Assembly (NCBI GenBank): GCA_963749495.1
Contig: CAVVMW010000001.1
Location: forward strand, 128,001-192,000
Direction of reading: 5' to 3'
Length of the DNA: 64,000 nt
DNA from: an uncultured bacterium
GTDB lineage: Bacteria > Verrucomicrobiota > Verrucomicrobiia > Limisphaerales > UBA8199
The notes under the pieces were generated by a model, which made no database searches, had not been told where the DNA came from, and saw only the letters and a program-made list of their open reading frames with translations. The translations under genes and the position numbers were made by a program. Every line of letters starts with the position of its first letter. Within the stretch, counting starts at the first letter, position 1. Below, piece after piece: positions 27,883-37,779 of this stretch.

Positions 27883-30000
27883 ATGCGAACTTCTGCCGCA
27901 GATTCACGAAGCACGCTATCAGCCGGGAGATGGCCGGTAGTCACACTGCCCGGTGTGTCGCTGGACAGCTTGGGGCTTTACTTGTCTGCCTTGGGGCTCC
28001 TCGCAGTGACCTGCCGCCAGTGGCCGACGGCGCGCGGATGCTGGCGGCAGGGTTCCTTTGTGCTGGTCAATGGCCCGCCAACTCTTGGCGAACTGCTTCG
28101 CTACCTTTCCGAAGTGGGGAGTGAGGGTGCATGGCGGACCTACAAGCCAACGTGGATCGAGAGCAAAAAGAAAGACCGCGGCAAGGAACCCGTCAATACG
28201 CGGCACTGGGCATCATTCGAAGCGGATGAGAGCATTCTGCCCCTGTTCGCCGCCCATCTGGCATGTGGAAATCGGCTCGCTTTCAACCCCCTATTCGGCA
28301 AGGGCGGAACCGAAGGCCGACGTGATTTTGCGAAGGGTTGGCGTGAGGCTGTCGAAGATATCAAGAATCCACCGCGAGGGGTTGACCGAGAACAAGTCAG
28401 CCAGGATTTAGCCGCTCTGCTGTCTGGGGAAGCCTGCCGCCACGTTCTCGGCGACTTCAAAGCCGCGTGTTGGTTCAGCGCCGCCAACGAAATCTACAAT
28501 AGCGGCATGAAGAGCTTCAGCCGCAAAGGGCAGGTCACGCCGTGGGCGGTTGTGCTGGCGTTTGAGGCGTTTCACTTTCTCGCGGGCAGCGCCTCGCGCC
28601 AATTGGGCAACAACCGGCAGGCGAGGGGAGCTTTTCCGTTTGTCACCACGGCGGCAGCGCCGGAAAGAGAAAAAGAGGCCGGGCGCTCGGTAGGTGAGTT
28701 CTGGGCTCCGGTTTGGGAACGCCCGATGACGATTGAGGAAGTCCGCGCCTTGTTTACTCGCGGGCGCGCGGAAGTGGACGGCACAGGCGCCCTGACCCCA
28801 GCGGCGTTCGGTGCTGCCATAGTCCAGCGAGGCGTTAATGCAGGAATCGCCGAGTTCCGTCGGTTCACGCTCTTCCACACGACCAGTGCACAGACTTTCG
28901 AATCCCGGCTGGCGGCGACAATTCCCGTCGCAGGGCAGCCTGTCAGCGCGCTTTCGCAAACCGTTTCGAGAGTCTTGGCGTTGCGTGACCGCCTGCCAGC
29001 GGATCGGAAAAAAGGCCAGAGCTGGATTTATGTTGGCCTTCGCGGTCCGTTGGACGAGGCGTTGGTGAGATTGGCGGCGGAAGCAACACCAGAAGCTGGT
29101 TGCATGCTCACCGACAACTTGCTCACCGCTTTGGAGCGCGTGGATCGCAATCGCGCATTTCGCAAGACCAAGCCGCCCATTCGGTTCAGGTTGTTCCCGG
29201 CTTCTTGGGCAAAGTCACTGTTCCCGGACGCACATCCGCCATGCGAGACGCGGCTGGCGATGGCTATCTGTTCGCTCTGCGGAAACAGCGATGCTCAGAA
29301 GCCCGCTCGCTTCTTGGGCTACCGCTTCGGCATGGAACCGATCAACAAAGCCCAGCGTTTATGGGCTTTCCCCGAAGCGTCGCCCTTCCGCCGTGTGTGG
29401 GCAGGAGCCAACTTGGCGTCGGACCTGGCCGCGGTCCTTCGTCGGCGCCTTGTGGAATCTGAACCAACGGATTCGCCGCCCTTCAGGGCAGCAATGCAGA
29501 CAGGACTGGCCGACGTGCTCGATTGGCTCGATGGCGAAGTCGATGAGGCGGCGCTCGCGGCTTGGATCAACCGCTGCAGTCTCTTCGATTGGTCGGCCTG
29601 CGATCTCCCGCGATTTCCGAACCGCAACGTCGCCGATTCCGCAAATGCGCTACACGCGTTCTACGCATTTTTCCGGCCGCTGTTCGATCCCTCGGCGCTC
29701 CGGGCGATCCGCAATCCGCAGATCGAAGAACCGCCGAAAGCTGGCCCGCTCCGGTCGCTTGCTGCATTGCTCAACCGCGGCGATGTTGCCGGGGCATGGG
29801 GTCTCGCGCGCGGAGCTTATGCCCGCCTCGGCGTCCCAACAGCGGATTTCCCGATTTGGCAGGAGTTCACTCTCCAGCGCCCGCAAAGGCTGCTCGCAGC
29901 ACTCCTTGTCCCCGTCCGTTTCCACCGAATCGCCGCCGCGTTCCGCCGGTGGCAATCACCAAGTCAAATCGACAAACATGAACAAATCCAATCTGCTTGA
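27883..30000 (+). CDS. csx17: Type I-G large subunit Csx17 (Cas8u/Cas8g)
   Basis: YLSALGLL, FNPLFGKGG, PWAVVLAFEA, AFPF, GEFWAPVW, RGVNAGIAEFRRF; follows cas3. Confidence 0.85.
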   Translation: MRTSAADSRSTLSAGRWPVVTLPGVSLDSLGLYLSALGLLAVTCRQWPTARGCWRQGSFVLVNGPPTLGELLRYLSEVGSEGAWRTYKPTWIESKKKDRGKEPVNTRHWASFEADESILPLFAAHLACGNRLAFNPLFGKGGTEGRRDFAKGWREAVEDIKNPPRGVDREQVSQDLAALLSGEACRHVLGDFKAACWFSAANEIYNSGMKSFSRKGQVTPWAVVLAFEAFHFLAGSASRQLGNNRQARGAFPFVTTAAAPEREKEAGRSVGEFWAPVWERPMTIEEVRALFTRGRAEVDGTGALTPAAFGAAIVQRGVNAGIAEFRRFTLFHTTSAQTFESRLAATIPVAGQPVSALSQTVSRVLALRDRLPADRKKGQSWIYVGLRGPLDEALVRLAAEATPEAGCMLTDNLLTALERVDRNRAFRKTKPPIRFRLFPASWAKSLFPDAHPPCETRLAMAICSLCGNSDAQKPARFLGYRFGMEPINKAQRLWAFPEASPFRRVWAGANLASDLAAVLRRRLVESEPTDSPPFRAAMQTGLADVLDWLDGEVDEAALAAWINRCSLFDWSACDLPRFPNRNVADSANALHAFYAFFRPLFDPSALRAIRNPQIEEPPKAGPLRSLAALLNRGDVAGAWGLARGAYARLGVPTADFPIWQEFTLQRPQRLLAALLVPVRFHRIAAAFRRWQSPSQIDKHEQIQSA

Positions 30001-31237
30001 TCCCGCCACGCTGCTCGGCAGCGGCGAACACCGTCTCACCCTCCAGGCAACCCTCCAGCCGGTGGCCGGCCTCGATCGCTTCCAGCCCGCTGGCTTTCCG
30101 GAAATCGGTCATGTGATCTACGACTCACCACGGCGCGATGGCCGGCCCGATAAGATCTGCATCGTCGATAGCGCCGCGAGCATGGCCAACCATCTCGAAG
30201 CCGTCTGTCTCGCAGGCCCCTTCGGCGCGACAGTCGCCCCTGAGTTGGCTGGTCTGCCTTACGTGGAATGTGTCACCGACGAGTATCAATTGGACGCGAC
30301 CGGATTCGCTTCGGTCACCAAATCAGGACCGCACACAACGGTGATGAACACCTTCACGGAAGGGCATCGGCTGGCGTCTTCGTACTTTTGTCTGGGAAAA
30401 GAAAAGACGAAGGGCGTCGAGAAAGGTGAAGGGGAGGCTGCGGCTGACTCAACGAAGAAAAAAAGGAAGACGAAGGCTTTGCTCGTTGTTGATGGGAAGA
30501 CGTCCGATCGAGGATTCTACGAAGCTCTGCGTGACGAATTCAACGTCGTGAATTTAGGAACCAATTCGCATCCCTTGCCACAGGACTGGTGGCGGGTTTT
30601 CAAAGTTATCTTCAAGTACGACCCGAACTCGCTCGTTCACGGCATTCTCTTTCCCGCGCTGGGAATCAAAATCCCGCGCGTTCTCACAGGGCATCTTGAA
30701 GCATTTGGCGCGGCGCGAGTCGGGAGTGCGGGCGTGAAATTCGACAAGCTGCTGATGACTACGTCCGGCCAGCCCATCTTTGCCGTGGATGAAGAAACTG
30801 CGCGCGAGATTCGCGCGACCTTCATCATCGATCTTGCGTTGCTCCGCTCGTTTGGCCGCACTGAAAAGAAAGACGGCAACGTGAACGTCCAAGGCTTGAG
30901 CGAAGCGCAAAAGCGGCTGCTGCTTGCGCTCGCGCTGTGGAAGATTGGCAGGTTGCTGGCCAAGCCATTCCGCTATCGCTCACGCTGCGATCTCGAAATT
31001 GCGAGTTTGCGGCGTACCGATGCCGCCGCCGCTGGTGACCTGAAAATCGAGGATCTGGAGGTTGATATCGCAGACGCGATCCGCAGTGCAGGTTTCCCGA
31101 AGAACCCTGTAACGCAGGTCTATTGGCCTGCAGGCGAGATTTTCAAAAAGGCGAAGGAGAAAGCGGACACCTCGGACGAGAATCAACCGGCTGGAGAGGA
31201 AGACGAAGAACAGGCTGGCGGAACCAACGAGGAGTGA
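29978..31237 (+). CDS. csb1: Type I-G backbone subunit Csb1 (Cas7u)
   Basis: RFQPAGFP, VDSAASMANHLE, EGHRLAS, DPNSLVHG, RYRSRCDL. Confidence 0.88.
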   Translation: MNKSNLLDPATLLGSGEHRLTLQATLQPVAGLDRFQPAGFPEIGHVIYDSPRRDGRPDKICIVDSAASMANHLEAVCLAGPFGATVAPELAGLPYVECVTDEYQLDATGFASVTKSGPHTTVMNTFTEGHRLASSYFCLGKEKTKGVEKGEGEAAADSTKKKRKTKALLVVDGKTSDRGFYEALRDEFNVVNLGTNSHPLPQDWWRVFKVIFKYDPNSLVHGILFPALGIKIPRVLTGHLEAFGAARVGSAGVKFDKLLMTTSGQPIFAVDEETAREIRATFIIDLALLRSFGRTEKKDGNVNVQGLSEAQKRLLLALALWKIGRLLAKPFRYRSRCDLEIASLRRTDAAAAGDLKIEDLEVDIADAIRSAGFPKNPVTQVYWPAGEIFKKAKEKADTSDENQPAGEEDEEQAGGTNEE

Positions 31238-31243
31238 ACGGCA

Positions 31244-32776
31244 ATGGTGAGGGTCATCCTTCAGCAGCGTTTTCCCCTGGGGCGCTTTCACGCGAACCCC
31301 TGGAAGGCCTTTCCGTTCGACGATCCCTATGGCGAATGGCCGCCGAGTCCGTGGCGATTGCTGCGCGCGCTTGTTGCTCGCAGCCATCAACTCGCGCGTG
31401 AGGAGCCCACCGTGGGCGAAATCGAGCGTGCCGCTCTGGTGCGCGCATTTTGCACCAGCTCGGTCCGGTGGCATCTGCCTGAGCAGTCGTGGCGCGGACC
31501 CGGTTTGCGGCAGTATCAGCCAGCGGAGTTCAGCCGCGTTCCCAAATCGGCGAAAGAACCTGGTCGCATGGCGCACAGCACCACAAAGAACCAGGACAAC
31601 TGCTGGCTCACCGCCGGGCCGGAAGACCCGGTTTGGTGGTTCATCGAAGGCGAGCACTGGAATGATGAGGTCGTGGGGGTTCTCGATGCGTGTCTGGCCC
31701 GGATGACCTATTTTGGTCGTGCCGAATCCATCACTCTGATGCAACGTGCTGACAGCAAAGTGCAGCATCCCGAACCAAATTGCTTTGCGATACCGCAACG
31801 CACCTCCCGTAGTGTGCTTGTTTTGTTTCCCACCCCCGACGCCACGCTGACCGATGTCGAACGCGGCACCGACGATCCGGCGATCGCCCAATCAACTGTG
31901 CCGCCAGGTGCCGTTTGGCGGTTCGCGGAACGTCCACGCCAGCCCCCGCTGCAGGCAATCCCAAGACGGCCCAAACGAGTATCGTCGGAAGTTCGCTTCC
32001 TCCAATTTGCAATCGGCTCACGCGTCTCGCCGACCAGGGATTCAGCGGCCATCCTGACGAATCGTTTTAGGGGTCGAGCCATCAGAATCTTGAGCGGCGG
32101 GTCGTGGAGTAAAGCTCCTGCCGAGCTCAAAGCGGACCTCGCTTTCTTCACGGGCAAGGACGCCGATGGAAAGCCCCTCGAAGGGCATCAGCACGCATTC
32201 TTCGCCCTGTGGTTTGATCGCGCGACTCGCAAAGCTGCACGCATGTTGGTCTGGCGTAAGACTCCGTTTTCCCACGAAGAACAACAGGCATTGCTCGCAG
32301 CCGCGCAAGAGCCGCTGAGCCTCGGTTACAACGACAAAGGCAAAGACCCGTGGCGCAGCAAAGACCCGTGGCGCATTCACCTCGTCCCGCTCGATACGAC
32401 GGTCCAGCCACCGAGTGGATTCGATCCATCGCAGCAATTCGTAACTTGGGAGGCGATGTCGCTCTTTGTGCCACCCCAACACATTTACGACCGCCACGGA
32501 AAGGAGAAACCGGGCAAATCACTGGCATCTCAGGTTCTGCGCGAACTGCAAAGTCATGGATTTGCGGCGACCAACGCTTCGATTGAAGTGTTGGGCAGCG
32601 GGTGGGTGAAAGTGCATCAACCTCGCGTCGAAAGTGGCGAGAAGACCAATTCGACAAAGCGCGGCTTTCGAATACGCCTGACATTTCCCATTCCAATCAG
32701 CGGCCCCATCGCCCTCGGCCACTCCGCCCACTTCGGCCTTGGCCTGTTCGTGCCGGCGGCTGGCGGCGGCCTTTGA
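31244..32776 (+). CDS. csb2: Type I-G Csb2 (Cas5/Cas6 fusion)
   Basis: GRFHA, EWPPSPWRLLRAL, YFGRAES; C-terminal GPIALGHSAHFGLGLFVP Gly loop. Confidence 0.92.
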   Translation: MVRVILQQRFPLGRFHANPWKAFPFDDPYGEWPPSPWRLLRALVARSHQLAREEPTVGEIERAALVRAFCTSSVRWHLPEQSWRGPGLRQYQPAEFSRVPKSAKEPGRMAHSTTKNQDNCWLTAGPEDPVWWFIEGEHWNDEVVGVLDACLARMTYFGRAESITLMQRADSKVQHPEPNCFAIPQRTSRSVLVLFPTPDATLTDVERGTDDPAIAQSTVPPGAVWRFAERPRQPPLQAIPRRPKRVSSEVRFLQFAIGSRVSPTRDSAAILTNRFRGRAIRILSGGSWSKAPAELKADLAFFTGKDADGKPLEGHQHAFFALWFDRATRKAARMLVWRKTPFSHEEQQALLAAAQEPLSLGYNDKGKDPWRSKDPWRIHLVPLDTTVQPPSGFDPSQQFVTWEAMSLFVPPQHIYDRHGKEKPGKSLASQVLRELQSHGFAATNASIEVLGSGWVKVHQPRVESGEKTNSTKRGFRIRLTFPIPISGPIALGHSAHFGLGLFVPAAGGGL

Positions 32777-32795
32777 TTCGTGATAAAGGAAAGCC

Positions 32796-33044
32796 ATGAA
32801 AACAGTGACGCTCTCGGCCACGTTTGACGGCCAACAGATTCGTCTGGAAGAGGACTATCCGCTGCCCAAGAACGCGCGGCTGCTGGTGACGGTGCTGCCC
32901 GCGGCAGCCGACAGCGAAGAGGAGTTCCGTCGAAGTTGGTACGGGCTCGCCGCCGACGCCCTGGCGGGCGCCTATGGCCCGGAAGAACCGGAATATACCT
33001 TGGACATGCTCAAGGAACCCAATCCCCACTATGAAGGCCGGTGA
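32796..33044 (+). CDS. Putative antitoxin
   Basis: MKTVTLSATFDGQQIRLEEDYPLP...LAGAYGPEEPEY; overlaps the PemK-like gene. Confidence 0.7.
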   Translation: MKTVTLSATFDGQQIRLEEDYPLPKNARLLVTVLPAAADSEEEFRRSWYGLAADALAGAYGPEEPEYTLDMLKEPNPHYEGR

Positions 33045-33378
33045 CATCGTCCTGGCACTGCTGCCGCAAGCGGACGAAGCCGCGAAATGGCGGCCCGCGC
33101 TCATCCTGTGTCAAATGCCGCCTTACGGCGACGCGCTCCTGTGCGGCATCAGCTCTCAGCTTGAACGGGCAGTGCAGGACTTCGATGAAGTGATTGGATC
33201 GAACGCCCCTGATTTTCGCGCCTCGGGGTTGCGGGTCGCTTCGGTCGTCAGACTTGGCTTTCTTGGCACGCGTCCGCTCGCTCAAGTGGGTGGCCTGTTG
33301 GGGCGCATTGATCCGCAGCGTCTGGTCCGTTTGCGGCATAACTTGGCCGTTCACTTGCAGAGGTCGCCCGATGCATGA
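33031..33378 (+). CDS. PemK/MazF-family toxin
   Basis: MKAGDIVLALLPQAD...KWRPALIL...CGISS...SGLRVASVVR...LGRI. Confidence 0.85.
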   Translation: MKAGDIVLALLPQADEAAKWRPALILCQMPPYGDALLCGISSQLERAVQDFDEVIGSNAPDFRASGLRVASVVRLGFLGTRPLAQVGGLLGRIDPQRLVRLRHNLAVHLQRSPDA

Positions 33379-33397
33379 TCCCGGCTGCCCTGCTGAA

Positions 33398-33432
33398 TCC
33401 GCCCATTTCGGCCTCGGCCTGTTCGTGCCGGC
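33398..33432 (+). repeat. Duplicate of the csb2 3' end
   Basis: 33/35 identity to 32723-32757 (SAHFGLGLFVPA). Confidence 0.85.
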
Positions 33433-33504
33433 TGAGTCGCCGGTTATTGGCCGATAGACCCGTACCAGCCGCACGGGAGGCAGCCCATGATGATCAAACT
33501 GGAG

Positions 33505-34050
33505 TGATCCTGGAAACGGCAGTTGAATAGCCGCCAAAAGGCGCAAAAAACGCAAAAAGAAGCACTTGCACTCGCCACGATCCTCACCCAAGCGGAGACA
33601 GACCCGCTGCACGCAAATCCTTCATGCTTTGCACTGTAATAGCCCAATTTGCTCGCAGGCTGCGGAGATTTCTCACAGACAGAATGAACCGCTGAATACG
33701 CGGAATACGCGGAATTCTGAAGCGAACCGGTTGACCTTCCGCGTGTTCCGCGTATTCCGCGGTTATCGCTTCTCCGCTTGCGGCTGTCCCGCGCTGCGAC
33801 TTTTGCGCCTTTTCGTGGCTGAACTGCTCTTTTTGGAGTGATTACGTCGAAGCTGAATGGAAGGCCGGTCTGGAACCGCTCGTCAGCCTGCCCGGTTGCG
33901 AAGCGACGGCGAGGAAGTGTCGTGTCATGAAATCTCCCCCTCGGCCCCACCCCCGTCAGGCCCGGGTCGGCATTAGAAAAGAACAGGAGGAAACAGAGGA
34001 AACGGAGGTCTTCGTGTGCGTGCCTCTGTTTTTTCTGTTCCCTCCTGTTC
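33505..34050. repeat. Nested 9-mer inverted-repeat elements
   Basis: GCAGTTGAATAGCCGCCAAAAGGCGCAAAA...TTTTGCGCCTTTTCGTGGCTGAACTGC encloses GAATACGCG x2 / CGCGT.TTC x2; GAGGAAAC.-type repeats near 33985. Confidence 0.7.
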
Positions 34051-34210
34051 AAATGCCCCGGCTTCATGGCCGAGTGGTGGCCCAGTTCGGCCAAGCTGGC
34101 GGTGAGCCGGGATTACCTTCCCGATCACCACGCGCCCCACTGGGCGGACGTAGCCGCCGTGTCGCAGCCGCACCTGGCCGCTCCGTTGGTTTCGCCAACC
34201 GAGCGTCCCC

Positions 34211-35584
34211 TCAACGTGGGCCCCATTTTGAACTTGGGATCTCGTTTCCCCCGCTGTTCCCTCGCAGGGCCTTATCGAGGGCCTCCTTGACCGCGTCCAG
34301 GCGGGCCGGCAACTCGATGGGTTGGTTGGCGTGCCGGCAGGGGAAGCCCAGTTCACGCTGGTGGTACTTGACCTTCATCTCGACGAACTTGAGGCCGTGG
34401 GCGGTCGAGATGACAACCACGCGTTCGGCCTTGTCGATCTTGCCCGCCTTGAGCAGCTTGACCAGCGCGGCCAGGGCCACGCCCGTGTGCGGGCAGTTGA
34501 ACATCCCGGTGCGGTCGCCCAGGGCGGCGGTGTCGGCCAGTTCCTCCTCGGTGGCCTGCTCGACGATGCCGTTGAACTGCTTGAGGGTGCGCACGGCCTT
34601 TTGGAAACTGACCGGGTTGCCGATTTGGATGGCGCTGGCCAGGGTCTTTTGGGCATGGATGGGCTCGAGGGAATCGAAATTGCGCAGATAAGCGCGGTAG
34701 AGGGGATTGGCCCGCTCGGCCTGGGCGACGACAATGCGGGGGAGCCGGGCGATCAGGGCCAGGTCGCGCATCATGAGCAGCCCTTTGCCCAGCGCGGAGA
34801 CATTGCCCAGGTTGCCGCCGGGAATGATGATGACGTCGGGCGCCTCCCAGTCGAACTGCTGGACGATCTCGATGCCGACGGTCTTCTGGCCCTCGACGCG
34901 CAGCGAGTTCATCGAGTTGGCCAGGTAAAGCGTCGGGTCGTGGGTGATTTCCTGCACCAGTCTCATGCAGCCGTCGAAATCGGTGTCCAGGCAGAGGACC
35001 AGCGCGCCGTTGGAAATGGGCTGGACCAATTGGGCGAGGGAGATCTTGCCCCGGGGCAACAGGACAATGGAGGGGATGCCGGCGGCCGCGCAATAGGTCG
35101 CCAGCGCGGCCGAGGTGTCGCCGGTCGAGGCGCAGGCGACCGCCTTGATCGGGGCGCCTTGGGCAATCATCTGCTTGACTTGCGAGACCAGGACGGTCAT
35201 GCCCAGATCTTTGAACGAGCCGCTGTGTGTATTGCCGCACAGCTTGATCCAGAGGTCCTTGACCCCGATGACCTTGCCGAACCGTTCGGCCCAGAAGAGA
35301 TTGGTGCCCCCTTCATAAAGGGAAACCACGTTTTCGTTGGCGAGCTCCGGCAGAATCCACTCTTTCTTGCCCCAGACCCCGGAGCCGTAGGGCCATTCGT
35401 TGGTCTTGTAGCGGTCGTCGAAGAGCTTCATCCAGGCCGCGGCCCCGCGGCGGGCCAACGCGGCCATATCATGCCGCACCTCCAGCAGGGAGTGGCATCG
35501 CTCGCACTGATAGACAATCGAGTCGAGCGGATACTCCGCCCCGCACTCCGGGTTGATGCACTGAAACCACGCTCTGTAGGTCAT
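34211..35584 (-). CDS. thrC: Threonine synthase
   Basis: [12 protein letters not shown] lysine, [24 protein letters not shown]. Confidence 0.95.
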   Translation of the reverse strand: MTYRAWFQCINPECGAEYPLDSIVYQCERCHSLLEVRHDMAALARRGAAAWMKLFDDRYKTNEWPYGSGVWGKKEWILPELANENVVSLYEGGTNLFWAERFGKVIGVKDLWIKLCGNTHSGSFKDLGMTVLVSQVKQMIAQGAPIKAVACASTGDTSAALATYCAAAGIPSIVLLPRGKISLAQLVQPISNGALVLCLDTDFDGCMRLVQEITHDPTLYLANSMNSLRVEGQKTVGIEIVQQFDWEAPDVIIIPGGNLGNVSALGKGLLMMRDLALIARLPRIVVAQAERANPLYRAYLRNFDSLEPIHAQKTLASAIQIGNPVSFQKAVRTLKQFNGIVEQATEEELADTAALGDRTGMFNCPHTGVALAALVKLLKAGKIDKAERVVVISTAHGLKFVEMKVKYHQRELGFPCRHANQPIELPARLDAVKEALDKALRGNSGGNEIPSSKWGPR

Positions 35585-35618
35585 GGCGAAAAAGTCAATT
35601 TCTCGAACAGAGTTCTGC

Positions 35619-35879
35619 TCAGCGTTCCTTCTCATGGCCCGAAGACCGACTGCGGGAACCCCGCGCCCGGGCCCGGTCAACCTTGTCCAGCAGCGCCAGG
35701 CCGCGCGCGGCGTTGCCGCGTGCGCCCCGCGCCAGAAAGCGCGTTTCCGCGTCAAATTGTGCCAGGGCTATGCTGGCCCACTCCTCGACCAGTTTGTTCA
35801 AACTCACGCCATTGCGTTCTGCCACGCGCCGCAGGCGCTCGTGCTTTGCGTCAGGAAGACGGATCGTCATCGTTGCCAT
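35619..35879 (-). CDS. RHH/HicB-like antitoxin
   Basis: [33 protein letters not shown]. Confidence 0.8.
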   Translation of the reverse strand: MATMTIRLPDAKHERLRRVAERNGVSLNKLVEEWASIALAQFDAETRFLARGARGNAARGLALLDKVDRARARGSRSRSSGHEKER

Positions 35880-35917
35880 GTTGTTTTCTCCATTGTGTCC
35901 ATCACGATAGCGCCCAT
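35867..35917 (-). pseudogene. Collapsed PIN toxin remnant (16 aa)
   Basis: [19 protein letters not shown]-like start fused to a tail overlapping the antitoxin ATG. Confidence 0.5.
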
Positions 35918-36063
35918 GCTATCATGGGGGCAAGATGTTTCTTGGAGCCTGTCCCCAAAACCCCGCGAGTGGGGGACCTTTGTCGCAGCCTTTGTCGAAA
36001 CCTTTGTCGGAGTGGCCATTTCTCGGCAAAGGTGCCGACAAAGGCTGCGACAAAGGTCCGGAA

Positions 36064-37438
36064 TCAGAGCTTTTGGGACGGGCCCTGTCTCAGCTCGATC
36101 GGGTTTGCGTAAACCCACGGCACCCATTGGCCGGCCACGTGGAGTTCGGCCTCCACCCGGTACTTGCCCGGGCCCGGCGGCGTCCACAGCAAAATACGGC
36201 CCTGCTGCGTGTGAACCGGCGCCCCGTCCCTCAGGATGGTGAAACGGCAGCCTTGGGGAGAGACTGCCTGCAAACGCGTGCCGGCGGAGAGCGCCCCCGC
36301 CTCGCCCATGACCGGGCGGCTTGTGGCGTTGGTGGCGAACCACCGGAACCCCGTGCTGTCGGCCACCATGTCGAAGCCGACGAAAACACGGCCGGCCCGC
36401 AACGAGTCGAGAATCGCCCGCTCGCTCAAGTCCTGCGCCAGCACGTGCGTGTTCACGAAGCGCGCCATCCGGTCGTAGGGATCCAGTTGCACGTGGAAGA
36501 CCTGGCGTCCCGGCTTGAGCGGGCCAAGAATGAGCCGGGCCAGCGGGCGCGTGAGGGCGTTGAGCTTGACCTCGGCGACCTTTCGAGGGCTGGTATCTTC
36601 GATGTGGAGCGTATTGGTGGCGGTGACGATGACGCGGTATCCAGTGTTCTGATGGCAATCATTGCCGGCAACGCCGGTGATGTGGCGCGTCCGGTTCAGA
36701 GCGTCCCATCGCCCCAGGAATTCAGTGGGCCGGCGGAAGAGCAGCCAGGCGACCTGATCGGGGTAGCGGCGCTGGTTGAGCAGGATTTGGGGCAGCAGGT
36801 TGAATAAGGGGTGGCGCAGGGCCTTGAAGTCGGAGTGGATATTGTAGATCTCCATCCCGGCCAACTCGGGCCGGTCCCAGGCGCGCGGCTCCTCGGGGTG
36901 AGCGTAGAAGAGCAGGCCGCCGTTGGCGGGGATCTGCCGCGCCAGCACCGCCGAATCGGTCGCGTTGCTCAACACGACCTTGGACGCCACGCCGAAAGGC
37001 ATGATGCCCTCTTTCATCTCGAAGCCCGGAATGAAGAGCTTGCCCTCGTGTATCCCGCGCCATTGCGCGCTGAAATCGGCGCGGCCGTCGGTGCAATGGT
37101 CGCTCAGGCAGATGAAATCCAGCCGGGCGGTCTTGAGCGCGCGGAGGATTTCCTCGAAGGGCACTTCGCAGTCATGGGAGAGCCTGGAATGGCTGTGCAG
37201 TATCCCACGATATTCCCTCCAGCCGGGCATCCTCGGCCAACGCGTGGCGCTGGGCGCGAAGGGCGGCCCAGGCCGCAGCCTCGCGCGGAAAGCGGACAAA
37301 ATGGTCATACAGCGCGACCCGCAGCCAGAAGAGCAAACACGCTCCGGCCAGCACCAATACCAGCCCAATCGCCCAAAATGCGCGCCGCACTCTCCTTCGC
37401 CATTTCCCGGTTCGGATCTCTGCCGTGATGGGCTTCAT
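36064..37438 (-). CDS. PHP-domain protein with N-terminal TM helix (frameshift near 37225)
   Basis: ILHSHSRLSHD, LSDH, GFE, YAHPE, EIYN, GNDCH. Confidence 0.8.
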
Positions 37439-37779
37439 CGATTTCGAGGTTTTGACCTGGCCCGCGTTCAGCGCGGTGCCATTCTCATACCAGATCGCCC
37501 GCGCAGTTGCAGCTTTTTATTCCGAGTCGGCGCGTGTTGATGGGGATGCCGCTCGCGGTCCCTGCGGCTCAGGAGGCGGGAAGTTGCTCCGGAATGGTGA
37601 AAGAGCGGGTAGCGGCTGTCTCCGGCAGGGCAATCCCATTCAACCTGGCGCACAAAAAGGAACAAAAAAGGATGAGATGGTAATACAATGGTAACATTGG
37701 CCTGGCAGGGTTTCCGTCGAAAACAAAGCTGTGAAGACAGTGAAGACAACGATAAAATCCTGGAACAGAGGAAACCTCT

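Noticed and set aside
24962..33432. CRISPR-associated transposon
   Set aside because: No tnsA/B/C, tniQ or other transposase nearby, and cas3 is present
33460..34200. CRISPR array downstream of the cas operon
   Set aside because: The repeats are 9-mer inverted families found elsewhere in the window, with no constant repeat/unique spacer periodicity and no ATTGAA handle
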